Program-made: the position numbers and the translations under genes | Part shown: positions 22,931-36,879 of the stretch, in pieces | How the letters are laid out: each line of letters opens with the position of its first letter | Position numbering within the stretch: position 1 is the stretch's first letter | Source: Sarea resinae | Taxonomy: Eukaryota | Direction: 5' to 3' | DNA: 64,000 nt | Assembly: GCA_026026165.1 (NCBI GenBank) | Contig: JAPEUD010000017.1 | Span: forward strand, 1-64,000 | Notes under the pieces: generated by a model | Databases searched by the model: none | What the model saw: the letters and a program-made list of their open reading frames with translations, nothing else | Told to the model about the DNA's origin: nothing

Positions 22931-25776
22931 CTACTGCGAAGAAGAAGCAGAAGCACCACCACCGCTACCAGCAGCTGCTCCCTTCCTCCTCAAGCCGACC
23001 TTGCCACCCGCGTCAAGGAACGTCTCATAACCGCGCTTATCGAGAACCTCGCTGGGCACAACCATACGCGGTTCAAGCTCGCGGACGATCTGCTGATTCT
23101 CGGTGTTGCCCTCGAGCAGGAAGCGGAGACACATGATGGCGTGTTCGCGGATGTAGGGGTTATGCAGGTCGAAGCGACAGCAGCCGAGGATCTGCTCCAT
23201 GCCGCCGTACTGACGGACTTGGTCCTGGACGGTGCGTGACTTCCACACCAGAGACGAGAGCACGAGGATGACGAGTTTCTTAAGATTGCGCCATTCAAAA
23301 TCGACAGGGTCGTCGAGCGGCGCCTGATCGGTTTCGGTAGCGGCACCAGCTTCTGTCGAAAAGCTAGGCTCGGATGTAGTGGTATCGTAGGGACGCTCGA
23401 CTGCCACCGGGGTGGTAACATTAGCGGATTGACCGGCTTGGTTGGAACTGCCAGCCGCGTTATCGGCCTGCCCTGCTGCATCCAGTCGGCCCTTAGGGAT
23501 GTTCTCTTCGAGTTCTTTGAGAAGAGTAATGAGCTCGTTCACGATCTCCCACTTGACGAGCAGAGCCTTCCACGCCTCGTTCTCGGTCAGCACGGCAAAG
23601 AATTCCAGGAACTGATAGACTCCCTCGTAAACTCTCTCCATATCCCAAAGATTGAGTGGAAAATCCTCTGGATGGCCGAACCCAGCATGGATCTGGCCTT
23701 GGAGATAAATGAGGGCGCAGGCCTCAGGGATGATCGATTGGCGGAAGACGGTGAAGAGATAGCGAACCATAAGCACCTCGAAGCGGGAAGGATATGGAGG
23801 CTGTTGAGACGCAGATGTAGAGCTCGAGTCGCCTGGCGAAGTGCTAAGAGACTGCTTCGTGCGGAAAATCTGAGTGAGGATCTTGACAATTACAGCTTGA
23901 GCAGGAGAGATGATGTCTTTTTGTTCTCCAAATGTCATGTATGTAAATGGTAGTAAGCCATTCTCCAGGACAGCCTGCACGATTTGTACCATAATCTTGA
24001 CGTAGAAATCGTCGTCTTGCATATCCCAAGCCGCAATGAAGATCAGCAACTCCCGCAGCAGGTTCCTCCCAGCCTCTTGAGCAAGCATGATGTTGCAACG
24101 AACCGTTTGCATATTCCTCAGCGATGGAGAGGTTTCTGAGAGCTTCGACAGGCCAAAAGCGCCGACGATGCCAGTCTGAACAATCATAGGAAGTGCTTCG
24201 ATTTCACTAGGCCCAAGTATCAATGGGATGTCCGTAAGCAGTCCTCGTTCTTGATCACCGGGACCATGATAATCTTCTTCATCGTCAAGGCTGCCATCCG
24301 CCGCGGCGCTAGAACGGTGATCACCTTCTTCCTGAATTTCCGCCTGTCCCTCACCATCATCCGAGGCCGCATACGTATTCTCCTCATCGCCTTCTGAAAG
24401 CATCGTGGGATTATCACGCAGACGTGCCATCAGCTGCTCTTTCGCGGTGCGGAGAGTAGACGCAGCAGACGCAGGAGTTCGTGCCAATAGAGTATCCTCG
24501 TCAGTGATCGGACCGGCGTTCCTGAAGGCAGCTGAGCTGGCGGCAGCGTCTGGATCTCTGGTGGGCATCTGTGGTGTGAAATTACTCACTCCGGGCGGCT
24601 GAGGAACAAGTAAGGGATCCTGTGGATGATCCTGGGGAGCAGCATGACGATTATTGTGCCCTTCGTTGCTGGTTTCATTGCCTGAGGCACTAGGACTCTC
24701 GGGGCTTGTAGACGGAATGGTCGGCCCTCCTGTAGAAGGTTCGCCACTGCCTGAGACGCCAGGGAAAGAGTCTTCTGTCGTTCGAAGATGTTTGACCTCG
24801 GCCGCGAGACTGTCCACGGCGTTGTTGATTCCCTGCTCAAAAGACATTCCTGGCTCGACCCTGGATGGCGCCACGGAGGTTGATGGAGCAGAAGCAGGGG
24901 TTACCTCGGCATCATCTCGTGAATTTCCTTGTAGGGGTTCACCATGGACCGAATCGGAGGGCGCGTTGCCGGGGAGGTCTACAGCTTCATTGAGAGGGGG
25001 GGAAGAACAAAAAAGATCCAACCAAAGGATGAGTTTGCGGCGCTCATTGCCCATGCAGAGGTTATGGAGAAATTGAAGACAAGTGACGAGCAATTTTTTG
25101 TCTGATGCCTCAATTAGCCAATTCGCCCGAATATCCAAAGAGAACTTCGACTACTCACAAGCCATGACAGCCTTCTGCCACTTTTCTTCGCTCCTAGTCC
25201 CAACTTCACCATCGTAGCCTCTTGCCGTAACTCTCACACAGACATCGATGAGCTTGAGGATCTGCGCGTCAAATCCTGAGCTCGCGGCAAGATCTTGAGC
25301 AGTATCCTTTGTAGCTAAGCAATTCCTGGCAATGATGCAGAGGTCATTGACACGTTCAAGGTCATTCATAAGCGTCGTAAAGTTGAACGCAATCAAAGTT
25401 GAAGAAGAGCCATTATAGTTGGGCCCGACCGGATCAAGAGACGCAAAGGACTGCTTCTCCAGGACAGGAATGCCCGCGGTAAGTACCTCTGTAAGGCCAG
25501 CCCAGACTTTGGAGGAGAAGCCACAAGCCTCACTTCAAAAACCCGAGAGTTAGCAGACTTGGACGAAGAGCTTTACTGCAAGAGGCAGACATACCGGATG
25601 TGCGGTTTGCGCTGGCTGAGTTCCAGGATCTCTTTGCCCGCGCCGAGAGCATTGTCCAAGACGGATTCTCTCATCAAGCCTGGCTTGGCAAAGTATGCAT
25701 GCGAGACCATGCACACGAGTTTGAGTTGAACCTCTGCCGGGCTACAACTCCCCGCTGGCCTCGGTTCACCCTCCAT
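22931..25776 (-). CDS. CTR86: Ataxin-10 / Ctr86 family ARM-repeat protein
   Basis: C-terminal ataxin-10 domain DLHNPYIREHAIMCLRFLLEGNTENQQIVRELEP. Introns about 25102-25158 and 25533-25594. May extend 5' to 26303 (see findings). Confidence 0.85.
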
Positions 25777-25979
25777 GGCTTGGTGATTGGCTTGATAGGT
25801 GTTGAGTCGTCCGCGGTCAATGACCGCAAGGTACGAGGTCGCGTTCCGCGACAACGTGAGCGGCACTGTGACCGCTAGTATTGGCTCCGGCAATGGGATG
25901 TCGCAGAGGTGAAGGCGATTGGCGAACTTCCAGCAGTTCTTCAGGCTGACAGAACCTGTTTCGTTTGCTAGGAATATCC

Positions 25980-26303
25980 TTAAGATAGGATACCTGTAGT
26001 CGAGTCCCCCAATGCGATATTGCAGGCCCTGCTCAAGCGAGTTAGATTGGCCGCTCCCTGGACTTCTTCTGAAGGAAAATGAATGATAGATGAGAGTGAT
26101 GTGAGAGGTCTGATGAGGTATACCTTGTTTTTGGTGTCCTCAATGAGGACGCGGAGGACCGCGGATGGGTCGCTGACCTCGGGGATCGGCGGAGGAGGAC
26201 GGGTTGGCTGGGGGGGAGGATCTGTGTTGTTGAAAGAGAGGATTCGGCGAAGAATTACCCCAAACACGTCAGGTAACTCCGTTCTGTCGTTGTAAGGCGG
26301 CAT
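25980..26303 (-). CDS. Small ORF, possibly the 5' exons of the ataxin-10 gene
   Basis: ATG in good context (ATCATCATG) with a Pro-rich sequence; candidate GT-AG introns link it in frame to the 25573-25893 ORF. Confidence 0.4.
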   Translation of the reverse strand: MPPYNDRTELPDVFGVILRRILSFNNTDPPPQPTRPPPPIPEVSDPSAVLRVLIEDTKNKVYLIRPLTSLSSIIHFPSEEVQGAANLTRLSRACNIALGDSTTGILS

Positions 26304-26585
26304 GATGATAGAGGACCTTCAATACTGTAGATATCGATGGTTCGGCTAAATTACTGTGAGTAGTTTAGCGTGATGTGTGGAGAGGAAGGATGAGAAGGCG
26401 GAAGTTGCCGCAGCTGATATGTGCTTCGGTTAAGCGCCAGGCAACGGGCCGCTTCACATGGCAGAGGCGTGAATGGACGCCAGGCAGTCAACATGAATCT
26501 ATGAAATACTCATTCACCAGAGGCACTCTGCATTCACCACCATTTCACGGGTACCGTCACACTTCCAGCGGTCTCAGGCACCTTT

Positions 26586-27885
26586 CTATTCGGTTCGAAA
26601 TATTTCAAGCAGATTCTCCACGAAGCCTCGATCGTAGATGTTGTCTACTTCGTTCAAGCTGCTGACCTTCCTCCACCTTGGCCCTTCCCCTTCCCCTCCT
26701 CCTTCAGAGCCGACATCACTCGGGAAACGTGGCCTTGGTGCTTGCCCATCCAAGGTTCGGACAAGAAGCTGGTCGCTTTGATTTGGCCAGTCTATGTGTG
26801 GCTCCTCTGCTTCACTCCTTGCTCTTTGGATAATCCGGCTTCTTTTCCCCATGAAGACCACCCCTTCTCTAACCTCCGCGCGCCAGTCTGCCCATTTGCT
26901 GACCTCGTTGGTGGTCATGCCGGCCCAGATAAGGTAAACGTGATATGAGAACAGGCCCCAAGCGAGCGGGGTGCACATGAGAGATAGCAATCCAACAGCT
27001 CCTATTCGTACATCCTGCACAATTGCCCAACTCCATATATGGAAGTAATCCTGCCAGCTCTGACCCGGGTGGTTCCAGCCACCCGGAAGTCTCTGATCCA
27101 GAGTCTGGACCAGGATGATATATCCAAGATAGGCGCCGTAAGGAAGAAGGAAGGACAGACTGAGAAGTAAGCCAATAAAGTAGACATAATTAGACCTTCC
27201 CAAGCAATTGTTGACCCAAATGCAGTGGTGGTCATGCTTGGAAATGCATACTTTGCAAATACTGCAGTGCTTGCTACGAGCTGGTTTGAGGAATTTGCAA
27301 GTCCGGCATCTGATGCCGGGCCGGAAAAGAGCATGATCGTAAGGATAGAGACGCATCTCCCTTTCGTGAGTCGCCGTCGTAATGGTCGAAGATGTAGATG
27401 TCACTGAAAGATAGGTAAAGATGTATGGTAAGGTGACAACCAATGGAATCATGCAATGATGAAAGCCACTGACTTTCGGCCAAGAAGCCGGGACAAACAT
27501 GCACTCGGACACAATCAAAAGAGCGAGGTAGAAAAGCTGTCGTCCCATCAGCCACGTCGACGTCCAAGAGGCTCAACACCTTTACCAATACAACGGGATG
27601 CTGGTCGTTCATAAGATAATTGCCAAGTCTCGCCAGCACCGATGTCAGTCTCCCCCCCGTAAGCCGTCTATCAAGATTGCGAAGAGAGCGCGGTCCATAG
27701 ATCCATATCCACCGATTGAGCACACCGATCGGAGTATTTCTACTCGAACTAGGTCATTATCTGCTCCACGAAAACAAGAAGATAAGCGCGACGTACCTGA
27801 ACAGAGGCAGCCGTCCAAAGATAGCGATGAATGTCAGAGTTGATATAGTCAAGACTGCTATCAGGAGTTTTCTGAGCACTTCCAT
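26586..27885 (-). CDS. SWF1: DHHC palmitoyltransferase, Swf1-like
   Basis: CRTCKFLKPARSKHCSICKVCISKHDHHCIWVNNC, GMTTNE and NIYDRGF. N-terminal TM exon with introns about 27740-27796 and 27537-27585. Confidence 0.9.
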
Positions 27886-28313
27886 CTTGCCCGGCCTCTC
27901 CTGCAGACCCACGGCCGTCGCGTTTCTTTATGCGTCTTGATCAAGCTAATATCATCCTTATATCGCCCAGACTTCGCCAGCCCGAAAGATCTAATACACT
28001 TCACTTCCTCACAATTTATTCCGCACTCTGTGGATACCTTACATTTCCAATGAAGACGTCCATGGATCCGAGGGTACGAAGAACGAGGTCACCTCCAAAC
28101 GCGCTAAGATTAAGAGAGGGCGATCCCAATCGCATCGCGTAACCTGGAAGAGAAAGGTTGACGAGACGTGTCGAGTACTGTGAATGATAACCGGACTCTC
28201 ATACAATATCTATGCACAGACTCCTGTGTCATCACCTCTGTCTGGATCTGTAGAGGAAGAGCACTTGCCGACAAGATTGGTCGTAGAGGCCCAGAGAGCA
28301 ATACCGCCATCGT

Positions 28314-30585
28314 ATGGCCGGCATGGCACAGGCGCAGGTGGTCTACACGAGTGCTACCAACGGATCTGGCCCTGGCATTGAGATTAATGGCTCTCTCTTC
28401 AGCGGCATCAAGTTCTGGTTCGCCCAGCGATGCCCAATGCGCAGTCACTTTATCACACAAGTCACGGTAAGCGTAGCTCCATCGCGACCGCTTGCCCCCG
28501 ATTATTCCCAAGGCGTGAACTTCATGTAACACGCTTTCAAACAGAACAACGGTGGTGAGGTGGTCCCACTCGAGAAGAATGCCGACATCAAGGTCGTTGA
28601 TCACAAGAGGAAGGACATTCCACCCGGCTCGTACGTACTCATCTCTCATAATACTAGTTACGTTTCTCACAAAGGTCCTGGGTAGATATTCCTTTACATT
28701 TGTCGACCAATCTCTCCGTAACGGCAGATTAGAGAAGCTCGAAGACCACGTAGCAAGCCCGTCAGTTAGTGTCCACCGAGAAGTCGGATCAACTACTCTA
28801 CAGCCCAGGAGTACGAGGACACCGTTCACTGCGGAGGATGACCGGGTACTCTGGGAGTGGGTGTTGGGCCATGAACAGAGAGGAGGAAAGATTCTAGGCA
28901 ACGAGATCTACAAACATCTCGCATCCATGGTTTGTGCCTTCTCTCTGCACTACTCTAGGTCGATTTTACTGACTATCGAAGAATCCTAGACATACATGGC
29001 AATCTTGGCGGGACCGTTGGGTCAAATACTTAAGTGGTCGAGAGCGCTCAAATAATGCCGAAAATGGTTCCCCAGCGACCCAATCCGATCAGCCGCCGAA
29101 TGTGACTGAAGGACAACCCTCAAGCGAGCCCGACAGGCAGCTGGCACACGCACCAATTCTGGAGTCAGGCAACCCATTCACTCCAGGCGAAGCACAAATT
29201 TTACTTGATGAGGCTGCCTCTTTCTCAGAGGTCCCCATGCAAGAGCAGGAAGAAGCTTGGAGAAAATGGGCCGAAGAAGTAAGTGGACATCACTCACACG
29301 ATTGAACTGCTTGTTTGGCTTTTACGACGAAAGATACCCAATCTCTCTCACTGACTGCCCACAGCATCCTTCTCACACGAGCGAGCAGTGGCAGTCTTTT
29401 TTTGATAACGCAATATTGAAGAACTATGAGAAACCCAAAGTTGCCAATGGCTCAATCACCATCCTTCAATCTATTATTGATCGGCCTGGTGTTACACCTA
29501 CAGATACCGCAACTCCAGATACTGCACGTATACCACCGTCTTCTGGAAATGATGCGGCTGTCCAATCACATATTCATTCCTCCGCAAATGATCCTAGGCC
29601 AGTCGAAAGTCCATCTTTCCAACCAGAGTCACCTACGCTGCAATCCTATAGCATCAATAGTCAATGTAAGGCTGACGATAGCCCGACAGGAACGGGAAAA
29701 GATGACAGTCAAACACGTGCAAGATTATCAGAAATACTTTCTCCTTCAGAAGGAGCTCTGAAGAGAAAGAAAGATCAAATTGAGTTGCGTGAAGACGTAG
29801 ATGAAAATACTCAGAATAAAAGAGTACGCCGAAAATCTTCACCAGAGCAAGACCGAGAAAATCCAGTTGGCTCGAAAGAAGCCCTTTCAGGATCTGATGC
29901 TGTTGCTCTTTCTGAAGGTGTTGGAGCTGCAGAGCCAGCGCCTCTGAGGGATCGAGGATCAGAAGACTCGGATTCTACAGAGTTACCAGAATTACAGTCG
30001 CTGTTCAATGCCCAAGAGCATAAGAGCACATTGGGTGTCAAGTCGGTAGCGCAAGCAGCTCCAGTCGATGACGGTTCGGTCGAAGAGTCGTATACTGGAG
30101 ATTCGCCACATGATGAAGAGCAAGCTCCAAGTAATGAAAAAGGTACTCAAGCAATTCTAGCCGAAGACACTCAGATTCCTGACCTGGGTCTTGCGGATCC
30201 TGATGGTGGTTGGGATTCTCTTATAGCCTCTCCTCTAGCTGAGCTACATTCTTCCCCTAGATCGGCTCAGGTTGACCCTGCTGAAGAGAAAGCTGAACTG
30301 GATGAATGGATTGATGCCCGCATTGAAGCGGGATTTTCAGAAGGTGATATCCTCCTTTCGCTGAAGTGCTCCAGTATGGACACTCAGCTTGCTCAAATCG
30401 CACTCCATTCGTTAGCCCAGGGACGAGGCATACCTGTCAATGTGAGGGGTATCTGGACACCAGAGGAAGATGAATTACTGGATGGAGGTAATAGCAGGAA
30501 GATAAGAGCTCTGGAGGAGAAACACGGCACTGAAGCGTTCAATGCTAGGTGGGACTTTATGGGACATTATCGGAGTGATCTTTAA
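28314..30585 (+). CDS. RAP1: Telomere-associated protein Rap1 / TRF2-interacting protein (BRCT, Myb, RCT)
   Basis: BRCT (LFSGIKFW...NGGEVVPLEKNAD), Myb (RTPFTAEDD...GNEIYKHL..|NPRHTWQSWRDRWVKYL) and RCT (IPVNVRGIWTPEEDE..KHG). Introns about 28467-28544, 28630-28686, 28930-28981 and 29279-29363. Confidence 0.9.
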
Positions 30586-31207
30586 CTCTTCGTGCTTCAT
30601 CTGACAGTGTGGAATCGTCGATAGTTGCTCTCTATTTCGGTGTTTGACGGCGATTTGATCGCGTATATGGCGTATTAGACAGTGATGGGTTACTACCCAA
30701 TGCCCCGACATGCGAGTTGTTTACATACCTTGCAAATGAAGCGTTCTTGCTAGTAGGCACGGAATACAATCATTAGCATTACTAATTCAATGTACCGTCG
30801 AAGATAGCTTCATCCGAGAGACATGTCGTTCATACATGGATCAATGCAACTGTGACTTGTTCGATCCGGCATTCCTGCAAAATCAAGCCACACATGATCC
30901 TTGATTTGGCACCTACGCAGACAAGTGGATGCTGGTCCCGGCAGCGTTTACGCCCAAGACAATACCATCCTCACAAGCAGAATTACTCGGTCTGCAGTGC
31001 AGTGCCGCTGCTACATCGGGCACGGGGGATGTTCAACACTGCAGCGACCGCGAGGTATCCTCTCGACGGGACAACTTCCGCAACGCTCCTTTGCCATGGG
31101 ATTCGACACGTAGAGCGGAGCAATACAGCTTTCGAGTGACATATGTACGAGCAAGGATGCCCCTTCGAGCATCTCTTCCGAGTGGCATTACTTGTGTACT
31201 CCGTACT

Positions 31208-31225
31208 CAGTACTCCGGAGTACTG
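31208..31225. promoter_or_regulatory. Perfect 18-bp palindrome CAGTACTCCGGAGTACTG
   Basis: Self-reverse-complementary, adjacent to a TACTCCGTA copy, about 500 bp upstream of the PAD start codon. Function is inferred only. Confidence 0.5.
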
Positions 31226-31721
31226 TAAAGGCGACAAGGATATTAATCTCGCAAACGTAGGCCAACAATTGATGGCTGTTGTTACGAGTATGGACGAATT
31301 CTCCACGCACCCCACCCCTCGCCCAGTCTCACTGCAGCAGAGAGCCGTCGCTAGTCGCGTCAGATCTCGCTCATCCTTTCCTCTCCGGGCACTGCCGGTT
31401 CGGCAGTTGAACTGCCGGCAGCACCTAAGTCCAGATCTGGCACTGGGCGATTGACGAAAGGGCCAACCAGCCCGTGCAATGATTCAAGCTCGAGAGCTAT
31501 CAGAGCATGTCGGCAGACGGTGTTTCATTATGCGGAGAATTGATGGGGTGGTCTCGGCGACGCGACGGCATGTAGTGGCCCAGTTGCCATTCTCCTACGT
31601 ATGGGCATGGGAGCCAGCCGGCGACTTGAAGGTTTAAATACAGCTCTCACCCTCCACGATGCCTCTTTTCTTCAATCATATTCAGCTTGTGAATCGCATT
31701 TAGCAATCTGTTCTTCACACC

Positions 31722-32448
31722 ATGGCAGCCACCGCAATCGTCCCGAAAGACACCTTCGACCAAGACATCAAAGATGTCCACTTGATCTACAACTACGATG
31801 CCGAAAGTCCTGAAGGCAAGCCCGAAAAATGGAAGTACGAGATGTGGTTCTATTCCGAGGTAGGGTGGCGATATACTCTCCCATCGCGGCAAGCATTCTG
31901 ATCGTTTCATGCTTAGGACCGAATCGTCTATGCCATCCACGGTGGCCCAATGGCTGGCCGGATCAATTACCAGGCCTGCTGGTATCAATGCATCAGGCCT
32001 GGTGAGCTGTGGCAATGCAACTGGCTAGAGGGTAAGCTTTTCGATCGTCGTTCCGTTCCCTCGGACTTTGCTCCGAGCATGAGCTTTGGACGTGCTGACC
32101 ACATGTTCCATCGTCGTTAGAAACCGGTACTATTGTCTCGCTCGTCTACGACATCCCGAACAAGCGCATCACCACCATGCTCGGGTTCTCCAAAGGTATG
32201 CATCTCGTGCCGGCAAGCTCCTGGTGGGCGTCACATATCATTCTGACCATCGTACAGGCCACTGGGGATACCCGGTAGAGGCTCACGGCAACAAGCGGAA
32301 TCCGGCCGACCTCGAGCGCTGGCGAGGCCTTGCCAAAATCGGCATTCAGACTGAGCGACACGTGCTCAACGAGCAGGCTTTGATTGTGGAATCATTCCGA
32401 GGACAGGGCGATCTGGAGCAAATCGAGCACGACTGGCCGACCATCTAG
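31722..32448 (+). CDS. Phenolic acid (hydroxycinnamate) decarboxylase, 4 exons
   Basis: Spliced product MAATAIVPKD..HLIYNYD..WKYEMWF..|DRIVYAIHGGPMAGR...NWLE|ETGTIVSLVYD...FSK|GHW matches the PAD family. Introns 31860-31916, 32032-32120 and 32196-32257. Confidence 0.88.
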
Positions 32449-33772
32449 GTGCGAATCAAGGATTCGGCGTATGTACAGCGATAGAGATCAAGACAGATGA
32501 GAGTCGTAGAAGATGAGACAATTAAAGCATCGCCATTACTATCACCATCACCATCACCATCATCCGTACCTGTAGTCAGTCGTGCTTGTGAGCCGGCAGC
32601 CTTGAATGGCATCCGTCTTTCACCGCCACTTTATCCGACGGCTCCAACACGTCAGTCACGGTAGCTGCCTCTTTTCGCCTGGCGTCCGGAACACCACCTT
32701 GCAGTATTCGGGTACGATAATGCGCCCCTGTGCAATTGCCGCCATGTGCGAAGCGGCGCTCGCAATTGCAAGGCCATCTCTTCCTCGAACGACACCGGAT
32801 CTGGCCAATTTACAAGCAAATCTTAAATTGATTGATTCTGTGGCGGTACGGAGTAATCTTACCTGTAGTGTCGATGGCGGGTAGCAGTGGTCACCGTGGA
32901 AGGTAAGGTACCTACCGTACTATCCTTTAACGCGTGCGCCTTATGTGCATCATCTTGTCTCCTACTCTACTACGTTGTACGTAGTACTCTGAGTACTCTA
33001 CAATCAAGGCTGCAACCCCACCGGCTCGCGTTGCTATTTGGCATTGGCATTGGCGTTGACGGGGCCTCTACCCCGCCATGTCTAGACAGGATCGCTGCCC
33101 ATGGATGGCCTCCTTGGCAGCTGGAGGCTTCCATAATTGAAGGCATCGATGAAATGGATATGATCGAGTGCACCGGTACTTGGCCCGAAGGGAATGTCTG
33201 TCTGCTTACTACTACGTAGTATGTGCGAACGGGCTGTCCTCACGGCAGCGTCGGAGCGTCGAGTCAGTGGTACTTGATCACTCTATTACCTGATAAGTTG
33301 ATCGTCGCGCTCGAGCACTAGCGAATCAGATAAAGCCAAAATTGTGGGAAATGCTTTCTTCGCTTCTTCGCTTCTTCGCAATTTCTCGACCCCTCCGACG
33401 GCTTCACCGCCGACACTAGGCCACTAAGGCACTATGGCCCCAGCCAATTTAGGGACCGTTTTGCCGGCTATGAGGGCGCCCTCGTCGATATTTTTTGGCC
33501 GCTCTGGTCGCTGGGGTCGCCGTGGTCGCCTGATGTGGGGGATGGCTTTCCCATTGGTTCCTTCCTGATCTTGCAGCAACCACCTACATGCTGCAACGCT
33601 GCAATTCATGGAGATTGGAGACCGGTATATATCATTGCCCCTTCTAGACCATTCCTGTCGTGCTTGGCTTTCGTCTGTCTCCAATCCCACCCTTCCTCCT
33701 CAATCGACATAGGGAGAGGTTGATCTCGTCCAAACCTGTTCATCTTCCTCAGCTGCAGCCGATCATCCCGCC

Positions 33773-35785
33773 ATGGCTGTCAAACCTCAGGGAGACGACG
33801 CTGCGCCGATCGCGCAGGTCACGGTGATCCACGATGATGGTGCTGTGTGGGAGCATCGCGAGACATACGGGCCACCCGGTAAGGAAAAGCCAAACATCGC
33901 GGTGAAAGGACTGGCTCTGACAAACTCTAGGCTTTCGTGGCTTGTTCACTTCTCAATATGTAGCGTTTTGCGCTGCGTTCTCGGCCATGGGAGGCATTCT
34001 GTTCGGATACGAGTATGTCCCACGAGAAGACTGGAGCAGTCAGGTCGGAGCTGATTTCTCCACAGCCAGGGCGTCATCTCCATCATTTTGACCGAACAAC
34101 AATTCCTGTCCCGATTTCCCCGAGTATCCGAACATGCATCAGGAGCGGGTTTCTGGAAAGGCTTTCTGACGGCTATGATTGAGCTTGGCGCATTGATTGG
34201 TATGATGCATCTGAGGGACGCATAAGCCGCAGTTTCTGATGTTCTGCAGGTGCCCTCAATCAAGGCTGGATTGCCGACAAGATATCGCGGAAATATTCCA
34301 TCATGGTTGCTGTATGCGTCTTCATAGTCGGCTCCGCTCTTCAAACGGGCTCGGTAGACTACGCCATGCTCGTTGTTGCGCGTCTAATCGGCGGTATGGG
34401 AATTGGAATGTGAGTTCCCGCTGGACTGTTCTATAGCTGTGGCTAACGGGAGTAGGCTTTCTATGGTCGCCCCGTTGTATATATCGGAAATATCCCCCCC
34501 TGAAATACGTGGCGCATTACTGGTCCTGGAGGAATTTAGCATTGTTTCCGGTATCGTGATCGCATACTGGATTACCTATGGCACAAGATATATGCACACA
34601 GAGTGGGCCTGGCGTTTGCCTTTCCTGCTCCAGGTCATTCCTGCCTTGTGGGTTACCGTTACACTTCTCTATCATCTATACGGCTAACATCATGCAGGGT
34701 GCTTGCCTCCGGCGTCCTCTTTCTTCCATTCTCTCCTCGCTGGCTCGCTGCTCAGGGACGCGATCAAGAGGCTTTGCGGAATCTGGCCAAGCTGCGGCAA
34801 CTGGACACCTCTGACCCGCGAGTCTTGCAAGAGTGGTACGATATTCGAGCCGAAGTCGCTTTCCACCGAGAAGTTAGCAAGGAAAGGCATCCTCACTTGC
34901 AAGATCGGACTATCACCAGCCGTATCAAGCTTGAATTTGCGTCTTGGATGGACTGCTTCAGGCGTGGGTGCTGGCGAAGGACGCACGTTGGAGTGGGCTT
35001 GATGTTCTTTCAGCAAGTAAGGTCTCACGAGGGCAAGAAACGTTGTCTCTGCTGACCATGTGCTAGTTCGTTGGAATCAATGCTCTAATCTACTACTCGC
35101 CTACCCTCTTCCAAACCATGGGCCTGAGTTACAGCATGCAGCTAGTCATGTCCGGAGTGCTGAACGTTACCCAGCTTATCGGCGTCTCCACCAGTCTTTA
35201 CACCATGGATCGATTTGGAAGGCGGCCTCTCCTACTGTGGGGTAGCTTGTTCATGACCATCTCTCATGTCATTATCGCCGTCCTGGTCGGGAAGTTCTCG
35301 CATAACTGGCCCGCTCACCGGTCCGAGGGATGGACAAGTGTGGCATTCCTTCTGGTCTACATGCTCGCATTCGGAGCTAGCTGGGGGCCGGTGCCGTGGG
35401 CTATGCCGTCGGAGATCTTCCCTTCTTCGCTTCGAGCCAAGGGAGTTGCTCTCTCCACCTGCTCGAACTGGCTGAACAATTTTATCATTGTAAGACGTTT
35501 CGTATGCTCTCTGTATGGTTCTGTCACTGACATCTTTTGGAACAGGGTCTCATCACGCCGCCTCTCGTCCAAAATACCGGATTCGGCGCATACGTTTTCT
35601 TCGCAGCCTTCTGTCTCATATCGCTGGTCTGGACGTTCTTCTTCGTGCCTGAGACCAACGGAAGGACGCTGGAGCAGATGGATCACGTGTTCAAAGACAT
35701 CAGCAGCGAAGAGGAGGAGCTGAGACGACAGAGGATCGAGGGCGAGATCCTGGCCGAAAAGTCCGCCGAGGCCGGTATGCCATAA
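33773..35785 (+). CDS. MFS sugar porter family transporter (8 exons)
   Basis: GGILFGYD|QG, PLYISEISPPEIRG, LPFSPRWL, FFQQ|FVGINALIYY, DRFGRRPLLL, WGPVPW..SEIFP and VPETNGRTLEQMD; seven GT-AG introns. Confidence 0.92.
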
Positions 35786-36879
35786 TGAATGATGACGACG
35801 ATGATGACAATCAATACTTGGCTAGTGAAAGGGGAGTCGACGATACGGATAATTCATTAATACCTGAGCTAGCGGCATTCTGGCGTTGCATGGAGCTTGG
35901 ATGATGGACACTCTTATGTGGCATGGATTCATTACCGTATTTCATGGCTTTGGGATACAAGCATAAGCATAGGCATGATTCGTGAATAAGGGGGCGAGCG
36001 GGGGGCATAGAGTTCGTATTCCAGTGTACAATAAGGATGCCGATCAGTCGATAGTACCTGAGATAATCGAGCAATCGAGGTGTTTTGGTGCCTGAGATGG
36101 ACGCAGTCGATGACATGTTTCTTCACGTGCGGGTAGCACGATCCTCCCGACTTCCGCGCGTGGTGAGTCGTACGAAAGATGGAGTACAAAGTACCTGCGG
36201 AGTACCACGTCGATACTCGGTCGAATGCTCTGTCTGATGCGAGGTTTGGCCGTCGTCAGCAAGTAGCCCCAAGGTCCTCTCTGCTTCTGCTTCGTTGGCG
36301 GCCGTGGCGACCGGGGCAGCCGGTTTCTCGCGATGACAATGGAGAGGGAGAGAGAGATGCAGCGGTGCGTGTCAGGCGTCGATGCTCGATCGTCATCAGT
36401 CATCAATAGCCCGCGATAGCCAGCAATAGCCAACCTCCGATTCTTCCAAGAACATCAAGGGCATTCTGTTGATCGGTGTCGTTATCTCTGTCACTTTGGC
36501 TCGCCATTCCGAGATTACGAGATTCCAGGGATGCTGTGGTAATCTGGCTCGTCTGGCCCTTTCGTGATCTCCAACCGTCCGTCTGTTGTTTACGTTGTCC
36601 ACCCACCACGCCCGTCCCCACCCCGCCGCACGACCCCTCCATCCATCCAGCGCAAACCTTCCACCATAGATCGCTTTGCCCCATAGGTGTTCTCAGCAAG
36701 CCAGGCACCAGCATTCGGCGCATCACATAAAGACGAAAGCCAGTGTCGATATTGACGCTGTCGTCAGTTAGTATCGTATCCACGCAGAGCACAAGCACAC
36801 TGCCCTCAGCAGACCGAGCCTACTTTTTGACCGCTCTACCACGTCATCATCACTCACATCCAACCACACATCCACCAAC

